DNA of 64,000 nucleotides from the NCBI GenBank assembly GCA_964016885.1, contig OZ024741.1:128836001-128900000 (forward strand), given 5' to 3'. This DNA comes from Eledone cirrhosa. Taxonomy: Eukaryota. Every line of letters starts with the position of its first letter. Within the stretch, counting starts at the first letter, position 1. Below are positions 13,955 through 24,500 of this stretch, in pieces. A model generated the notes under the pieces. That model was not told the DNA's origin and made no database searches. It saw only the letters and a list, made by a program, of their open reading frames with translations. The translations under genes and the position numbers were made by a program.

Positions 13955-16900
13955 CATATATACACCCACACTGTAAAGTGGACGTGTAGGCGCCACGAAA
14001 AAAGTACCCAGCACTCACTGTAAATGAGGTTGGTGTTAGGAAGGGCATCCAGCTGTAGAAACCAAGCCAAATCAGTTCCTGTATGAGCAAGGCATGGTCA
14101 GCCGACCAGACACTGCCCACAACAGGACAACCCGTCTAACCCATGCTAGCATGGAAGAACGGACGTAAAACGGTGATGATGATGATGATGATGATGATAC
14201 ATATATATATATATATATATATCATCATTGTCGCTTTAACATTCACTTTCCTTGCTGGCAAGGGTTGGACTATATATATATATTTATATAGTCAGGTTGA
14301 CTTTAAGACCCCTTGTTTCTAGATCCTAACTCCAAACACGGAAGCAGGGCCAAGAAACAAGGGGTCTTAAAGTCAACCTGTCAAAGACTAAGGTCCAAGT
14401 AAGTAGAAGAGAAAACAGAACCCTGATCCCCTCAGGAAAATGACCTTGCTCGATATGTAGGAAAGGTGTAGGTAGAAATTCCATCATATGCCCCAAATAG
14501 AAACTATGGGTTCACAAGAGATGTAGTGGAAACTCAGGAAGTTTAGTTAAGAATGTAGACTTTACATACAAATGCAATCTTCTCTCCTACACACTGCATC
14601 TGATTCCTCTTATGCCTAGTTTCTCTCTCAGTTCATTTATGCTTTGTTCTGTCTTACACCATCTTGTTGGTGTAGGACAGAACAAAGGAGAGACACAAAA
14701 TAAAAACCTAGTCACTGAGGAGGTCACAGAATGTGTGACGAAAGAGCTTTGACAATATATAAACAACCTTCCAGCTATCGAATCAACCAACCAGAAACTT
14801 ATAATAAATTGAAGTGAAAACCCTCCCAAAGTATAACAATATCTGTTTCAACACACGTTTTCAGATAAGAAATCTCGCAAATTAAACTCAAAAATGAATT
14901 ATATATATATATATACATATCATTTCTACACATCTATCTTATTTATATATATATCCATATCATTTCTACACACCCATCTTATTCATATATATATCCATAT
15001 TTCTACACACCTACACATCAAGTCATTTCTATACAGCCAGTGTCTGATGCTTCTTTACAGGAAAACTGCCAGAACAATGGTGCTGTATGTGGCCATAATG
15101 GTGAAACTTATACTAGTGACTGTGAAGCTTTTGCTCACAAGACAACTGTTGACTACAAAGGGCCCTGTCGAAATGTAGGACAGCTTTCTTGTAAGTAATT
15201 TTTTTTAGCTTTTAACTCTTTCTTGACCATATCTGCTGGCCTTGTGCCTAAAATAGAACTCAATCTTGCAGCTACTCATGATACCCTCTCTAGTGTTGAT
15301 GCCACAATAACATGCACCCAGTACACTTTGTAAGGGAAAGCATGTGGCTTAATGGTTAGAGAATTGGATTCACAATTGTGAGGTTGTGAGTTCAATTCCT
15401 GGACTGGGTAATGTGTTATGTCCTTGAGCAAGAGTCTTTATTTCACATTACTCTTTCTACCAGTTGGGACTGCTAGATAGTATCAGCAATGGAAAGATTA
15501 ATGGAAGCATTGACGAATTCCACCCCACCCAGTAAGCAAATGGGGTCTGGAATCTTGTCAGTTGTTTCCTACAAAAATAAAAACATACACTGTAAAATAG
15601 TTGGTGATCCAACAGTAACACTTTCCACCACTACCCCGAGCACTATATCACAACTATCACCTACCACTGCTACAACCAGTACAATCATTTCTCTTCCACC
15701 ACAGTGCAAAATCAACAGAACTCCCACTGTTACCATATCAGTTGTCCAGAGGTCCATCCCAGGTCATGTAAACCAATCACTCCTCCAGCTGGTTGCTGTC
15801 CAATATGTGGTGAGTTACTTTTACTTATCTCATTGTCATTGCTATTGATATTTTTGTTGCTATAGTTGTTAATGTTATAGTTGTTGATGCAACAATAGTT
15901 GTTATTGCTGTAATTGTTGTTGTTATTGTTGTTGATGTAACAATAGTTTTGGTTGTTGTAATTGTTGATGTAACAATAGTTGTTGTTATTATAACAATAG
16001 TTAGGGTGGCAGATTGGCAGAGCATCAAACACGCTTTGTAGCATAGAGTTATGGCCCTTTACGTTATAGGTTCAAATCCTGCCAAGGTTAGCTTTGCTTT
16101 TCATCCTTACAGGGTTGATAAAATAAAGTACCAGTCACACACTGGTGTAGATTTAATAGACTTTCCCCTCCCCCAAAATTGCTTGGCCTTATTCCTATAT
16201 AAGAAACCAACATTATTATGAGGGTGGTGAATTGGCAGTATCAGTAGAGCATTGGACGCCATGCTTTGCAGCATGTAGTTACGGCCCTTTATGTTCTGAG
16301 TTCAAATCCCGCCACGGTTAGCTTTGCCTTTCATCCTTACAGGGTTGATAAAATAAAGTACTAGTAATGCACTGGGGGGACGATTTAATCAATTTGACCC
16401 CTTCCCACCAAAAACTGTTGCCCTTGTGCGTAAATTAGAAACCATTGTTATTATTAAGGGGTCGATAAAATAAAGTACCAGTAATGCACTGGTGTAATTG
16501 CTGGCCTTGTGCCAAAAGTAGAAACATTGTTGTTGTAACAATAGTAGTTGTAATCATAATAGTAATTTGTTGTTGTTGTTGTTGTTATTATTGTTGTAGT
16601 AACAATAGTAGTTGTTATTTCTGTTGTTATTGTTGTTGTAACAATACTTGTATTATACTGTAGCAGGAATATATTTGACTTTTCCCTTAACTCTCTTAGC
16701 TATTTTAATGTTCTCTCTTTCATCTTCTCAGCTGCAGAATTGCGAGTTCTCTACAGCACATCTCTAGCAGACGATGCCCTTAAAGTGGCTGACATTAAAC
16801 CTATCTCAACTTTAAATATAGCCGAGAAGTTGTCTGAACTGATGACAGTGCCACAGTGTGATGTCTTTGCTTTCCTGAGTCTTGAAGGGGACATGGTTAT

Positions 16901-18677
16901 CTTAATTGCACCTGTTACTAAACACCCAACAGAGCTACAGGTGAGTGAGAGATCCAGTGAGGATATTATGCTTTCTTAAGGGATTTTCTCTAGGACCTAT
17001 TCAGTACAACAGGTCCAGGATTTATCTTAAGTGTAGTCAATTCAACATAATTGAATGGTTAACCCTTTAGCATTTACATTACTCTATATTTACTGTTGTA
17101 TTTTCATAGTAAAGGCTCTATCTTACATAATTGTCTCACATAATATTGAATCTATGAATTTTTATATTTATTTTGAGAACAATACCTTAACATTGGCATG
17201 AGTGGCTGGTTATAGCTGGTTTGAACAGAAAGATGTGAGAGAATTCTGGCTGGATATGGCCGGTTTAAATGCTAAATGGTTAAAACAATCCTTAAGTCTC
17301 AGGTTCAACCCCCACTGATATAATATATATAATGAAATTATTGTGTACAGTGCTCAGGTGCACTACAACTGATGAAATATTCCATTACCATAACCTGAAG
17401 TCAATCCATTGCCTTGTGAGTGAAATTTGATAGGTGTAAACTGTTTGAAAGCCTGTCAGTTGAATCATACCATAGTGTGGGTCATAATAGGGGTGTATAT
17501 GAAATCATATACAATATATTTATGTATAATAAACATACAAGAGATTTGCTATGATTTTTTTAAAGCCATGTTCATACCACAGCTATCTTAGTAGCAGTGA
17601 GAATACCAGAGAGCTGTTTGGGGATTTTTATTCGCCATTGGTGACATTTACTCACTTGATACTGAGACAAAATAGGCTAAAATCAATATGGTTTTTGCAT
17701 ATGAAACATTGACTTGACATGCTCATTTGAATATAGTGTGGACTTGACTGGTGGAAGGGAGGTAATTAAAAGTGGCATTAATATAGTGTGTTTCATCATA
17801 GTTGTGTATATGAAAGCATATGCAATATGTTTATGTATAATAAACATATGGGAATTTCACTATGAATTTTTATATTAAAGCTGTGATCATGTCAGCTATC
17901 TCAGTAACAGTGAGAATGCCAGACAGCAGTGATGACATTTATTCATTCACTACTGAGATAAGAATGGGTTTAAACCTATATAGTTCTTTTTACATATAAA
18001 ACATCTCTAGATACTCATTTGCATATAGTGTGAACTTTAGTTAGAGATAATTAGAAGTGGCACTGATATAGTGTGATTCATCATAGAGGAGCATATAAAA
18101 GCATATACCATATATGATCTCTCAACCTATTAAAGTTGTTTATATTATATGTGTGTGTGTGATATTAATACTATAATAAACATAAAAGCAGTTCTCTATT
18201 TCCTTCTATTTCTCTTTCTCTCTCTACATATCTCTCTACTTATCCATCTACCTACCTATATGTCTATTGACCAATTTCATTCTCTCTCTTTCCTTCCCAC
18301 TCTCTCTCTCCTCTTTTTTCACTCTCCTTCCCCTTTTCTCTGTCTTTCTCTCTTCCATTCTCTGCTTTTCCTCTCTCACTCTCTCTCATATATTTCCTCT
18401 TCCTCCTCCTGTATCATACTTACACACTCACTCTCTCATTCTCTTCTTCTTCCAACAGATGGCAGCATGTAACCAGGAAGGTCGGAGATTTCATCACCTG
18501 ATAGAAACCAGCAGTCCAACTCTTATGTCTCACCTCACCCTTATGCCTTTACTCAATGCCTTGCTAAGGACCCCAATGGTAACAGCAGTGGGGGCCGCCC
18601 ATAGCCCTTTTTTGCCGTCCATCACTATTATTATGTCAGCAGCTTTTGCATTTATGTTCACAGTTGGTTACTCTTGA
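310..18677 (+). CDS. RECK: RECK (reversion-inducing cysteine-rich protein with Kazal motifs), 3' part: 13 coding exons 310-406, 2298-2437, 3308-3448, 4709-4870, 7935-8051, 9016-9097, 9625-9714, 12015-12079, 13776-13900, 15061-15190, 15705-15809, 16732-16940, 18459-18677; 5' exons lie upstream of the window
   Basis: Manually spliced exons all have AG/GT ends and compatible phases. The translation follows vertebrate RECK in order: [50 protein letters not shown] (Kazal), [13 protein letters not shown] (Kazal), [26 protein letters not shown], hydrophobic C-terminus. Confidence 0.95.
415..780 (+). repeat. Degenerate ~45-bp minisatellite resembling the adjacent exon/donor junction
   Basis: About 8 units like caaccaacacccctctctatctaccagggcaattagaggcccaca. 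Confidence 0.7.
800..1830 (-). mobile_element. RTE-clade LINE, decayed 3' portion (RT thumb region with Cys-rich insert)
   Basis: Minus-strand translation: [32 protein letters not shown]; VDSFCYLGD; MLHGSETW; [11 protein letters not shown]; [11 protein letters not shown]. Confidence 0.85.
2101..2255 (+). repeat. ~42-bp tandem repeat (about 4 copies)
   Basis: ttagagctccatacatacatttcctatatatctatataggat repeated. Confidence 0.75.
2298..2437 (+). CDS. RECK: RECK exon ([15 protein letters not shown]...LCNPL...CISIRKYS)
   Basis: ccatag|...TTCCA|gtgagt; 140 nt, phase 2 to 1; Cys spacing as in RECK SDCVEILKKC...ICELL...CIPL. Confidence 0.9.
2487..2935 (+). mobile_element. Two tandem tRNA-derived SINEs, family A. 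Further copies at ~8250-8440, 12868-13075, 16003-16530, 22135-22560, 22790-22950, 23330-24040, 25190-25570, 29690-29880(-), 30450-30600, 30740-30975, 34900-35085(-), 49770-49965, 55285-55378(-)
   Basis: A-box TGGCAGTATCGGTAGAG, B-box GAGTTCAAATCC, conserved body GTTAACTTTGCCTTTCATCCTTACGGGGTCGATAAAATAAAGTACCAG, tail TGGCCTTGTGCCTAAA.TAGAAAC(ATT)n. Confidence 0.85.
3308..3448 (+). CDS. RECK: RECK exon ([46 protein letters not shown])
   Basis: cccaag|...CCAG|gtaaat; 141 nt; PCxPNPC motif. Confidence 0.93.
3585..3770 (+). mobile_element. tRNA-derived CORE-like SINE, family B. Further copies at ~8688-8900, 10447-10595, 11492-11620, 13280-13605, 15335-15455, 32940-33258(-), 34570-34860(-)
   Basis: Head GGCTTAGTGGTTAG..GGTTCGATTC; body GTGTCCTTGAGCAAGACACTTTATTTCAC.TTGCTCCAGT..ACTCAGCTG. 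Confidence 0.75.
4170..4657. mobile_element. Two inverted copies of a piggyBac-like MITE forming a ~480-bp foldback
   Basis: atttctaataaaagacattgtctataatattcaaataattttgaaaataatc (~4191) is complementary to gattattttcaaaattatttgaaaattataggcagtgtctttcattagaaat (~4588); TTAACCC and GGGTTAA ends on the right copy. Confidence 0.65.
4709..4870 (+). CDS. RECK: RECK exon ([21 protein letters not shown]...CSKVCHC...CQPLPCIP)
   Basis: ttctag|...AAGA|gtaagt; 162 nt, phase 1 to 1. Confidence 0.92.
5040..5445 (+). mobile_element. SINE with RTE-type 3' tail and an internal ~48-bp unit amplified about 5 times. Related tails at ~10640-10870(-), 11680-11825, 13965-14198, 19950-20125, 28505-28665
   Basis: caaaaagcacccagcccacactgtaaggtggtcatgtcagtgtca repeats, then GGAAGGGCATCCAG...CATGGAAAA.GGAC...(GAT)n. 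Confidence 0.7.
6852..6932 (+). ncRNA. Type I hammerhead ribozyme motif in a Penelope-type repeat, sense within a RECK intron
   Basis: GCTTCT-CTGATGA-T[CTTTGC...GCAAAG]T-GAAA-CTG TA CAG-TT-AGGGC. Stem III is the palindrome ACTGTACAGT; GUU site; stem I is weak (GU pairs and a bulge). Confidence 0.6.
7541..7748. mobile_element. piggyBac-type MITE (~210-230 bp). Copies at 17059-17283, 20355-20583; partial at ~12113-12326, ~27860-28044, ~30430
   Basis: TTAA target sites and CCCTTTAGCATTT...AAATGCTAAAGGG terminal inverted repeats; shared internal sequence among copies. Confidence 0.85.
7935..8051 (+). CDS. RECK: RECK exon ([26 protein letters not shown]...KYT)
   Basis: ttacag|...ACAG|gttagt; 117 nt; CNxCxC...C...C motif. 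Confidence 0.92.
9016..9097 (+). CDS. RECK: RECK exon, Kazal-like ([27 protein letters not shown])
   Basis: ttccag|...CATT|gtaagt; Kazal signature PVCG.NGKTY. Confidence 0.94.
9625..9714 (+). CDS. RECK: RECK exon ([29 protein letters not shown])
   Basis: ttccag|...AGAC|gtaggt; 90 nt, phase 2 to 2. Confidence 0.9.
9955..10362 (+). mobile_element. LINE 3' fragment inserted in an ATTATATCTATCATAACT-type satellite; related copy at ~24720-25060 (-)
   Basis: [35 protein letters not shown]...DRTCWK, typical RT C-terminus. Confidence 0.8.
10640..11295 (-). mobile_element. RTE LINE 3' end
   Basis: [41 protein letters not shown], then 3' tail ending in (GAT)n. Confidence 0.8.
12015..12079 (+). CDS. 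RECK: RECK exon ([21 protein letters not shown])
   Basis: tcacag|...TGCA|gtaagt; matches RECK CIPKPQVCLT...QYEC. Confidence 0.9.
12488..12662. mobile_element. hAT-type MITE
   Basis: TIRs CAGTGCCAGGTTTA / TAAATCTGGCACTG; degenerate 8-bp TSD gatgtagc / ggtatagc. Confidence 0.75.
13218..13722. mobile_element. Foldback/MITE hairpin interrupted by a family-B SINE
   Basis: gtaactttgact...taataa arm vs ttatta...agtcaaagttac arm; SINE flanked by duplicated tataaacctactg (13261 and 13606); central hairpin ctactgaatgg...ccattcagtag. Confidence 0.6.
13776..13900 (+). CDS. RECK: RECK exon, Kazal-like ([24 protein letters not shown]...IAYWGHCQ)
   Basis: ttgcag|...TCAG|gtaaga; 125 nt, phase 1 to 0. Confidence 0.92.
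14291..14655. mobile_element. Rearranged RTE fragments in both orientations
   Basis: Perfect 28-bp inverted repeat 14293-14320 / 14353-14380; + piece homologous to 1610-1800; - piece [17 protein letters not shown]. Confidence 0.75.
14711..14753 (+). ncRNA. Minimal type I hammerhead ribozyme, sense within a RECK intron, in a partial copy (~14665-14890) of the 36.2-36.8 kb element
   Basis: GTCA-CTGAGGA-G-GTCAC agaatgt GTGAC-GAAA-G ag C-TT-TGAC. Stem I GTCA/TGAC, 5-bp stem II with one extra nt, CUU site. Confidence 0.7.
15061..15190 (+). CDS. RECK: RECK exon, Kazal-like ([36 protein letters not shown])
   Basis: ttacag|...TCTT|gtaagt; VCGHNGETY signature. Confidence 0.94.
15705..15809 (+). CDS. 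RECK: RECK exon ([29 protein letters not shown])
   Basis: ccacag|...TGTG|gtgagt; CKPI.PP..CCP.C motif. Confidence 0.92.
16732..16940 (+). CDS. RECK: RECK exon (AAELRVLYS...[23 protein letters not shown]...ELQ)
   Basis: tctcag|...ACAG|gtgagt; 209 nt. Confidence 0.93.
17471..18115 (+). repeat. ~290-310-bp tandem duplication (two full units plus a partial) in the last RECK intron
   Basis: Units start atagtgtg..tcat.atag..g.gtatatgaaa.catat at ~17472, ~17783 and ~18068. Confidence 0.75.
18459..18677 (+). CDS. RECK: RECK last coding exon with GPI-anchor-signal-like hydrophobic tail
   Basis: Long pyrimidine tract, caacag|ATGGCAGCATGTAAC (MAACNQE...[14 protein letters not shown]...[16 protein letters not shown]), TGA at 18675-18677. 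Confidence 0.92.
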   Translation: MAACNQEGRRFHHLIETSSPTLMSHLTLMPLLNALLRTPMVTAVGAAHSPFLPSITIIMSAAFAFMFTVGYS

Positions 18678-18819
18678 CTTCAGCAGCTTCAACTCCAAAA
18701 ATGAGGAGTGAGGTAATTTAGAAAATAACATCATCATCATCATCTTCATCAACATCAGCAACAACAACAATAGAAATACAACCAACAGATAAAGACAAAA
18801 AGAAACATAAATAAATGAA

Positions 18820-19440
18820 GGACTTTAAACTGAATAATTTCTGATAAAAGAATTCTAGATGAACGAACTTCAGATGAAAGAATTTTAGACAAAGTACTTC
18901 AGATGAAGGAACTTTAAATAAATGAAATACTTCAAATGAAAGAACTTTGGATGAAATAATTTTAGATGAAGGAACTTCAGATGAAGAAATTTTAGATGAT
19001 GGAACTTTAGATGAAGGAACTTCAGATTGAATGACCTTGAATGAATATCCTCAGATGAAAGACTTCAAAATGAAGGACTTGAAAGAAAAGATTTTATAAT
19101 GAAGGATTTCAAATTAAACAATTTCAAATGAATAATTTGAGATGAAGGATTTCTGTTGAATGACTTGAGACTGAATGACTTTCAATGAATATCTTGATGA
19201 AAGACTTCATAAAAAGGTCTTTAAAATAGAGTGGTAAATAACTTATCTTCACATGAAGGACTTCAAACTGAGTGGTTTTAGTAAATAATTTCAGATGATG
19301 GACTTCAAAGAAGAAATAAACTTTAAAATGAAAGACTTCAAATTGAATAACTTGATGAAAGATTTCAGATGAAAGAATTCAAATGAAGGATTTAAATGAA
19401 AAGACTTAAACATGAAGACCATCCAACTGAAGGCTTTCAA
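18820..19440 (+). repeat. Degenerate 15-bp minisatellite just downstream of the RECK stop codon (probable 3' UTR)
   Basis: Units of consensus ~GATGAAGGAACTT(C/T)A. Confidence 0.8.
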
Positions 19441-21215
19441 AACTTCACTAGAGTGATTGAAGAGAGGACTAATATTTATAGAAAGCGGTTGTAGATTGGC
19501 AAAAAACTGTACAGAGCTTTGCATTGTTTTTTTTTTTGTTTTTTTTTAGTAATCTTTTTTTAAATTCTGACTTGAGGGAATGAAACGTAGTAGGTAACGA
19601 TAAAATCAGTAACAGTAATATACGGGTCAGCCATATCAGTTGACTAATAGCTTCCCTCCTATACAATGTCTACTGGCTTGCACCACCGATGTTTAAAAAA
19701 TCAATAATAAATAATGTTTCCAGGGTGAAATCACTTAGAGGAAAATTAAATTAGTCCCTTTAACCATAAAACACTCTACAAGGAAAACTGTTAATGCTTA
19801 AGTAAGATTCAAGGATTGTTTGTTTGAACAACATTTATGGCATGCAAACTATTACAATACAATATGGTGGTCATTGATCATTTTATGTTTGTTTTCCTTG
19901 CTTGCAATGGTTGGACAGGTCTTCACAAACTAAGTCGGCACTTAATTGCTCCTGATACACACTATAAAGTGGTTGGTGGGTTAGTTTAGGAAGGGCGTCC
20001 AGCCATAGAACACCAAGCGAAAAATGGAATGTATGAGCGGGACATAGTCACCTACCTGTCTAGTCTCACTATGTTACAACCCATCTAAGCCATGCAAGTA
20101 GATGTTAAATAGTAATGATGATGTGTGTGTTAGATGTTAAATAGTAATGCTGATGATGATGATGTGTGTGTTGATAGTTTAAGTATTATAAAGTTAATAT
20201 TTGGTGATTATTGCAGAATATATAATGAGTGTATGTAAAGGAACTAGACTTTTTTTTTTACATCAAAAAGACAAACTGTGTGTACCGATAATTTATATGA
20301 GTTAATAGAGTCAATAAGACCTCTGATCAAACAAATTTATTCAATATTTCTGCTTTAACCCTTTAGCATTTAAACCAGCCATATCTGGCCTGTATTCTTT
20401 CACTTCTTTCTGTTCAAACAAGCCATAACTGGCTGTTCATACTGATGTTAAGGTATTGTTCTCAAAATAAATAATATCAAAATCTCATAGATTCGATATT
20501 ATGTGAGATAATTATGTAAGATAAAGCCTTTACCACAAAAATACAATAGTATATATAGAATAATGTAAATGCTAAAGGGTTAACAAAACATAGTTCTGAA
20601 TTGAAGAAGTTTTCAAAATAGAACTTGTAAATTTCTTTGATTTTTCTTATAAATAATAATGATGATTCCTAATAGAAAGACAATGCCAGAGATTTTGATA
20701 AGGATAGGAACAGTCAATTATCATGGGTCTTTAATTTAACTCTGGTTAGAGTTAAATTTATTAAACCAGGTCTTGGAAAGATGAAAAGTAAAGGCAGCTC
20801 CAGTAAAATTTGAACTCAGAACCAATAGAAAGGAAAGTTTCTAAATACCACAAGGTATTCTACTGCTTATGTCAACCCACAGCCCTGGCTTTACCTTATA
20901 ATTCAAGGCAGTTTGAAGACTAATGGAAATATTGTTTCCTTGATCATCTTACAATCAGCTCCATTCCTTTTCATACATGCATGCATTCACACATGTGTGG
21001 GGGGTTGTATGTGTCTGTGTGAGTGTGTTTGTGTTCATTTGTGACTGATAATTCCCTCCTTCACTACCTAGGGTTTCTCACTATGTCCAACCCTTTATGA
21101 GAAACTCCAAGTAGCACCAGAGTACATCATTGACCTAAAAAATGTAGGTACTCTACTTCATTGTACTTTTTCTTTCTTCTCTACTTCCAAATGAATATAT
21201 AGGTATATATATTTC

Positions 21216-21221
21216 AATAAA
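21216..21221 (+). promoter_or_regulatory. Candidate RECK polyadenylation signal
   Basis: AATAAA followed by T-rich sequence; other AATAAA hexamers occur nearer the stop, so this is not unique. Confidence 0.3.
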
Positions 21222-21515
21222 AATACAAGGCCAGATTCAATATATTCTTTTAATGTTTCACAATTACATATGTATTTCTATGGCGAGCTTACATCTTCTG
21301 ACCATGACACAAGACAATCAGCGATGTCACCGGATGTAATGAACTTAAAATATTTAATTCAGTAATCTCCACTGGGTTGCACCAAAATATAAAGAAAGAA
21401 TTGATATGGAACCAGCCCAGCTAGCAATGCAATCACTACAACAGACAGCCTCTGTATCTATCTATCTATGTATATATATTATACTATCTGCTGGGAGTGT
21501 GTGTGTGTGTATGTG

Positions 21516-21547
<32 letters not shown>

Positions 21548-24500
21548 CTTATGTGGTATTGTTTATTTGTATATAGTTTGTATTATATCTGTATATATGT
21601 ATTATACATCATACATTGTATATATTTGTACTAGAGGAATGTGCTAGTAGAGAATGTGTTAATAGAGCTACCTACCTATCCAGGTGTAGATAAGATTTGT
21701 CTAACTTCCACATATCACCATAACAGCTAGAGATAATCTTTGGTCTAATGTATTCTTGAGATTATAGAACCTGATAGAGTTTGTTGTGTTGATTGTATCT
21801 ACTGAAGAGAAATCACCATCATCATTACATACATACACACACCCATACACACAACCTCTTATACTCACACACACAATCTTTTATACTCACACTAAATACC
21901 TCATATATATCCTCTCGCACTCACACACATCTCATACTTAAACACACAGACAGACATACATGTAAACAAGCTAGTAAGCTACCTGTAAATATGCCACCTC
22001 TTGCCAGATTCTCAGATAGAATCCTGAGATGACAAAATTGACAAAAACATCTGACTGAACCCCAGCCTCCTCCTACCAATGTATGTGTGTTTATGATCTT
22101 TTTCTCCGTCATTTTTTGATAATCAATCATTGGTGGTCTTGCTATGGCAATGGTATTGGCAGTATCGGTAGAGCATCAGACGCTATGCTTTGCAGCAGAG
22201 TTATGGCCTTTTACGTTTTGAGTTCAAATCCCACCGAGGTTAAGTTTGCCTTTCACCCTTAAGGGGTTGATAAAATAAAGTACCAGTAATGCACTGGGAT
22301 AATTGCTGGCCTTGTGCCAAAAGTAGAAACAATTATTAATGGTGGATTTGCAGTATTGGTAGAGCTTTGGACATGCTTTGCGGCATATAGTTATGTCCCT
22401 TTACTTTCTGAGTTCAAATCCCACTGAGGTTAACTTTGCCTTTCATCCTTACAGGGTTGATAAAATAAAGTACCAGTAACACACACACTCTCAGGTCATT
22501 TTATCAACTTTACCCTCCTCCAAAATTGTTGGCCTTGTGCCTAAATCAGAAACTATTATTGCAATTGTGAATAGGCAGAATTAATAGGGCATTGGACAAA
22601 ATACCTTGCCTTTCATAATTTTAACAGGTTTTTCTGGCAGGATAGCATGGACTCGATGTATTATTTGTTCCACCAGCACTAGGGATTTGTCTTATTGGAC
22701 AGCAGTACTCTCTACCCTATATCAATTTATATTCAGAGTAACTGCACTCCTAGACATGATGCCTTCACTACATCTGCCCTGTATTTAGTTACAGCCCTTT
22801 ATGTTCTGAGTTCAAATCCTGCAGCAGTCAACTTTGCCTTTCATTCTTCCATGATCAATAAAATAAACTATCAGTAAAGTATTGGAGTTGGTATAATCAA
22901 CTTTTCTGCCTTCACTCCAGAATGACTGGCCTTGTGCTTAAATTAGAAATAGAGATGCTGACCTTAGAAGGACCCATCCAACCCATGCAAGTGTGGAACA
23001 ACAGATGTAAAATGACGATGATGATATTAGTGTTGACTGAGTAGCAAAAGTCATCATAGCAATATTGTTTCAAATCTTTACATTCTAAGTTTAAATACCA
23101 CAAATGTCTACTCTGCTGCCTTCCATCTTTGCAGAACCAGTTAAGTACTGTATTGCAACACAATCCACCACCACCACCACCACCAAAATATATACAAGGT
23201 CTACAGATGATCCCCACACCACCACCACCAAAATATATACAAGGTCAACAGATGATCCCAACCCCATCAACACAAAAATATAGACATGGTCATGTGTCTA
23301 TGAAAGATATTGTTATCATAATCAAATATGTGGGTGGTGGATTGGCAGTATCGGTAGAGAGTCGGACACCATGCTTTGCAGCATAGAGTTATGGTCCTTT
23401 ACGGTCTGAGTTCAAATCCCGGCGAGGTTAATTTTGCCTTTCATCGTTTCGAGGTAATATAAAATAAAGTACCAATCACGCACTTGGGTCGTTTTAATCG
23501 ACTTTCCCCTCCCCCCCAAATTACTGGCCTTGTGCCTATACTAGAAATCGTTATTATAATCAAATATGTGGGTGGTGTATTGGCAGTATCGGTAGAGTGT
23601 CGGACAACATGCTTTATGTTCTAAGTTGAAATCCCACCAAGGTTAGCTTTACTGTTCATCCTTACAGGGGTCAATAAACTGAAGTAAAATTGTTGGTCAT
23701 GTACCAAAAATAAAAATAGTTATGAGGGTGGTGGGTTGGTAGAATCATTCAAGTGTCAGACAAAATAATTTGCAGTATTTATTCTGGGTTCAACTGTGCC
23801 ATTCTTCTAGAATCAAAAAGGGTGGTGGACTGGCTGAGTCATTAGAGCATCGGACAACATACTTCGTGGCATATAGTTACATCCCTTTACGTTCTGAATT
23901 CAAATCCTGGCGATGTTAGCTTTGCCTTTCATCCTTACGGTAGTCAAAAAAATAACATACCAGTAACGCACTGGGGTCGATTTAATCAACTTGCCCCTCC
24001 CCCAAAAATTGTTGGCCTTGTGCCTGAATCAGAAACCATTATTATTATTCTTGTTGTTGATGATGAAGAAAAAAATGTATCAAATATTGTTTTGTTATGT
24101 TTATTTTTGTTTATTTTTCCTGTTGTTTTTGTTCGTTATTTATGTTATGATGTTTGTATAGAGGAGTTTAATTATAATTTTTCATTTTCGTTTTAAATTT
24201 GACAGTAGAGACTGTCAATTCTATTTGTATATAATGAGAGAGAGAGAGAGAGAGAGACTGAGAGGGAGGAATTGTTGTTTGTTGCTGATTAGATTTTGTT
24301 GACATGGTTGTTGTCATAAAATAATTGATGTGATATAATATATATATATATATAAATATACACACACATATACATACTTATATATATATATATATACATA
24401 ACATACATTATTCACATATATATACATATATATTTATATATATGTGTGTGCATGTGTTTATTATATATACATGTATGTGTGTGTATTATATATACATGTA

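Noticed and set aside
19190-19230. Hammerhead-like TTGATGA-AAGAC...GTCTT-TAAA
   Set aside because: GAAA and stems I/III are absent; a by-product of the 15-bp minisatellite.
21240-21455. Possible last exon of a convergent minus-strand gene
   Set aside because: No pyrimidine tract, only short uninformative frames, and no upstream exons identified.
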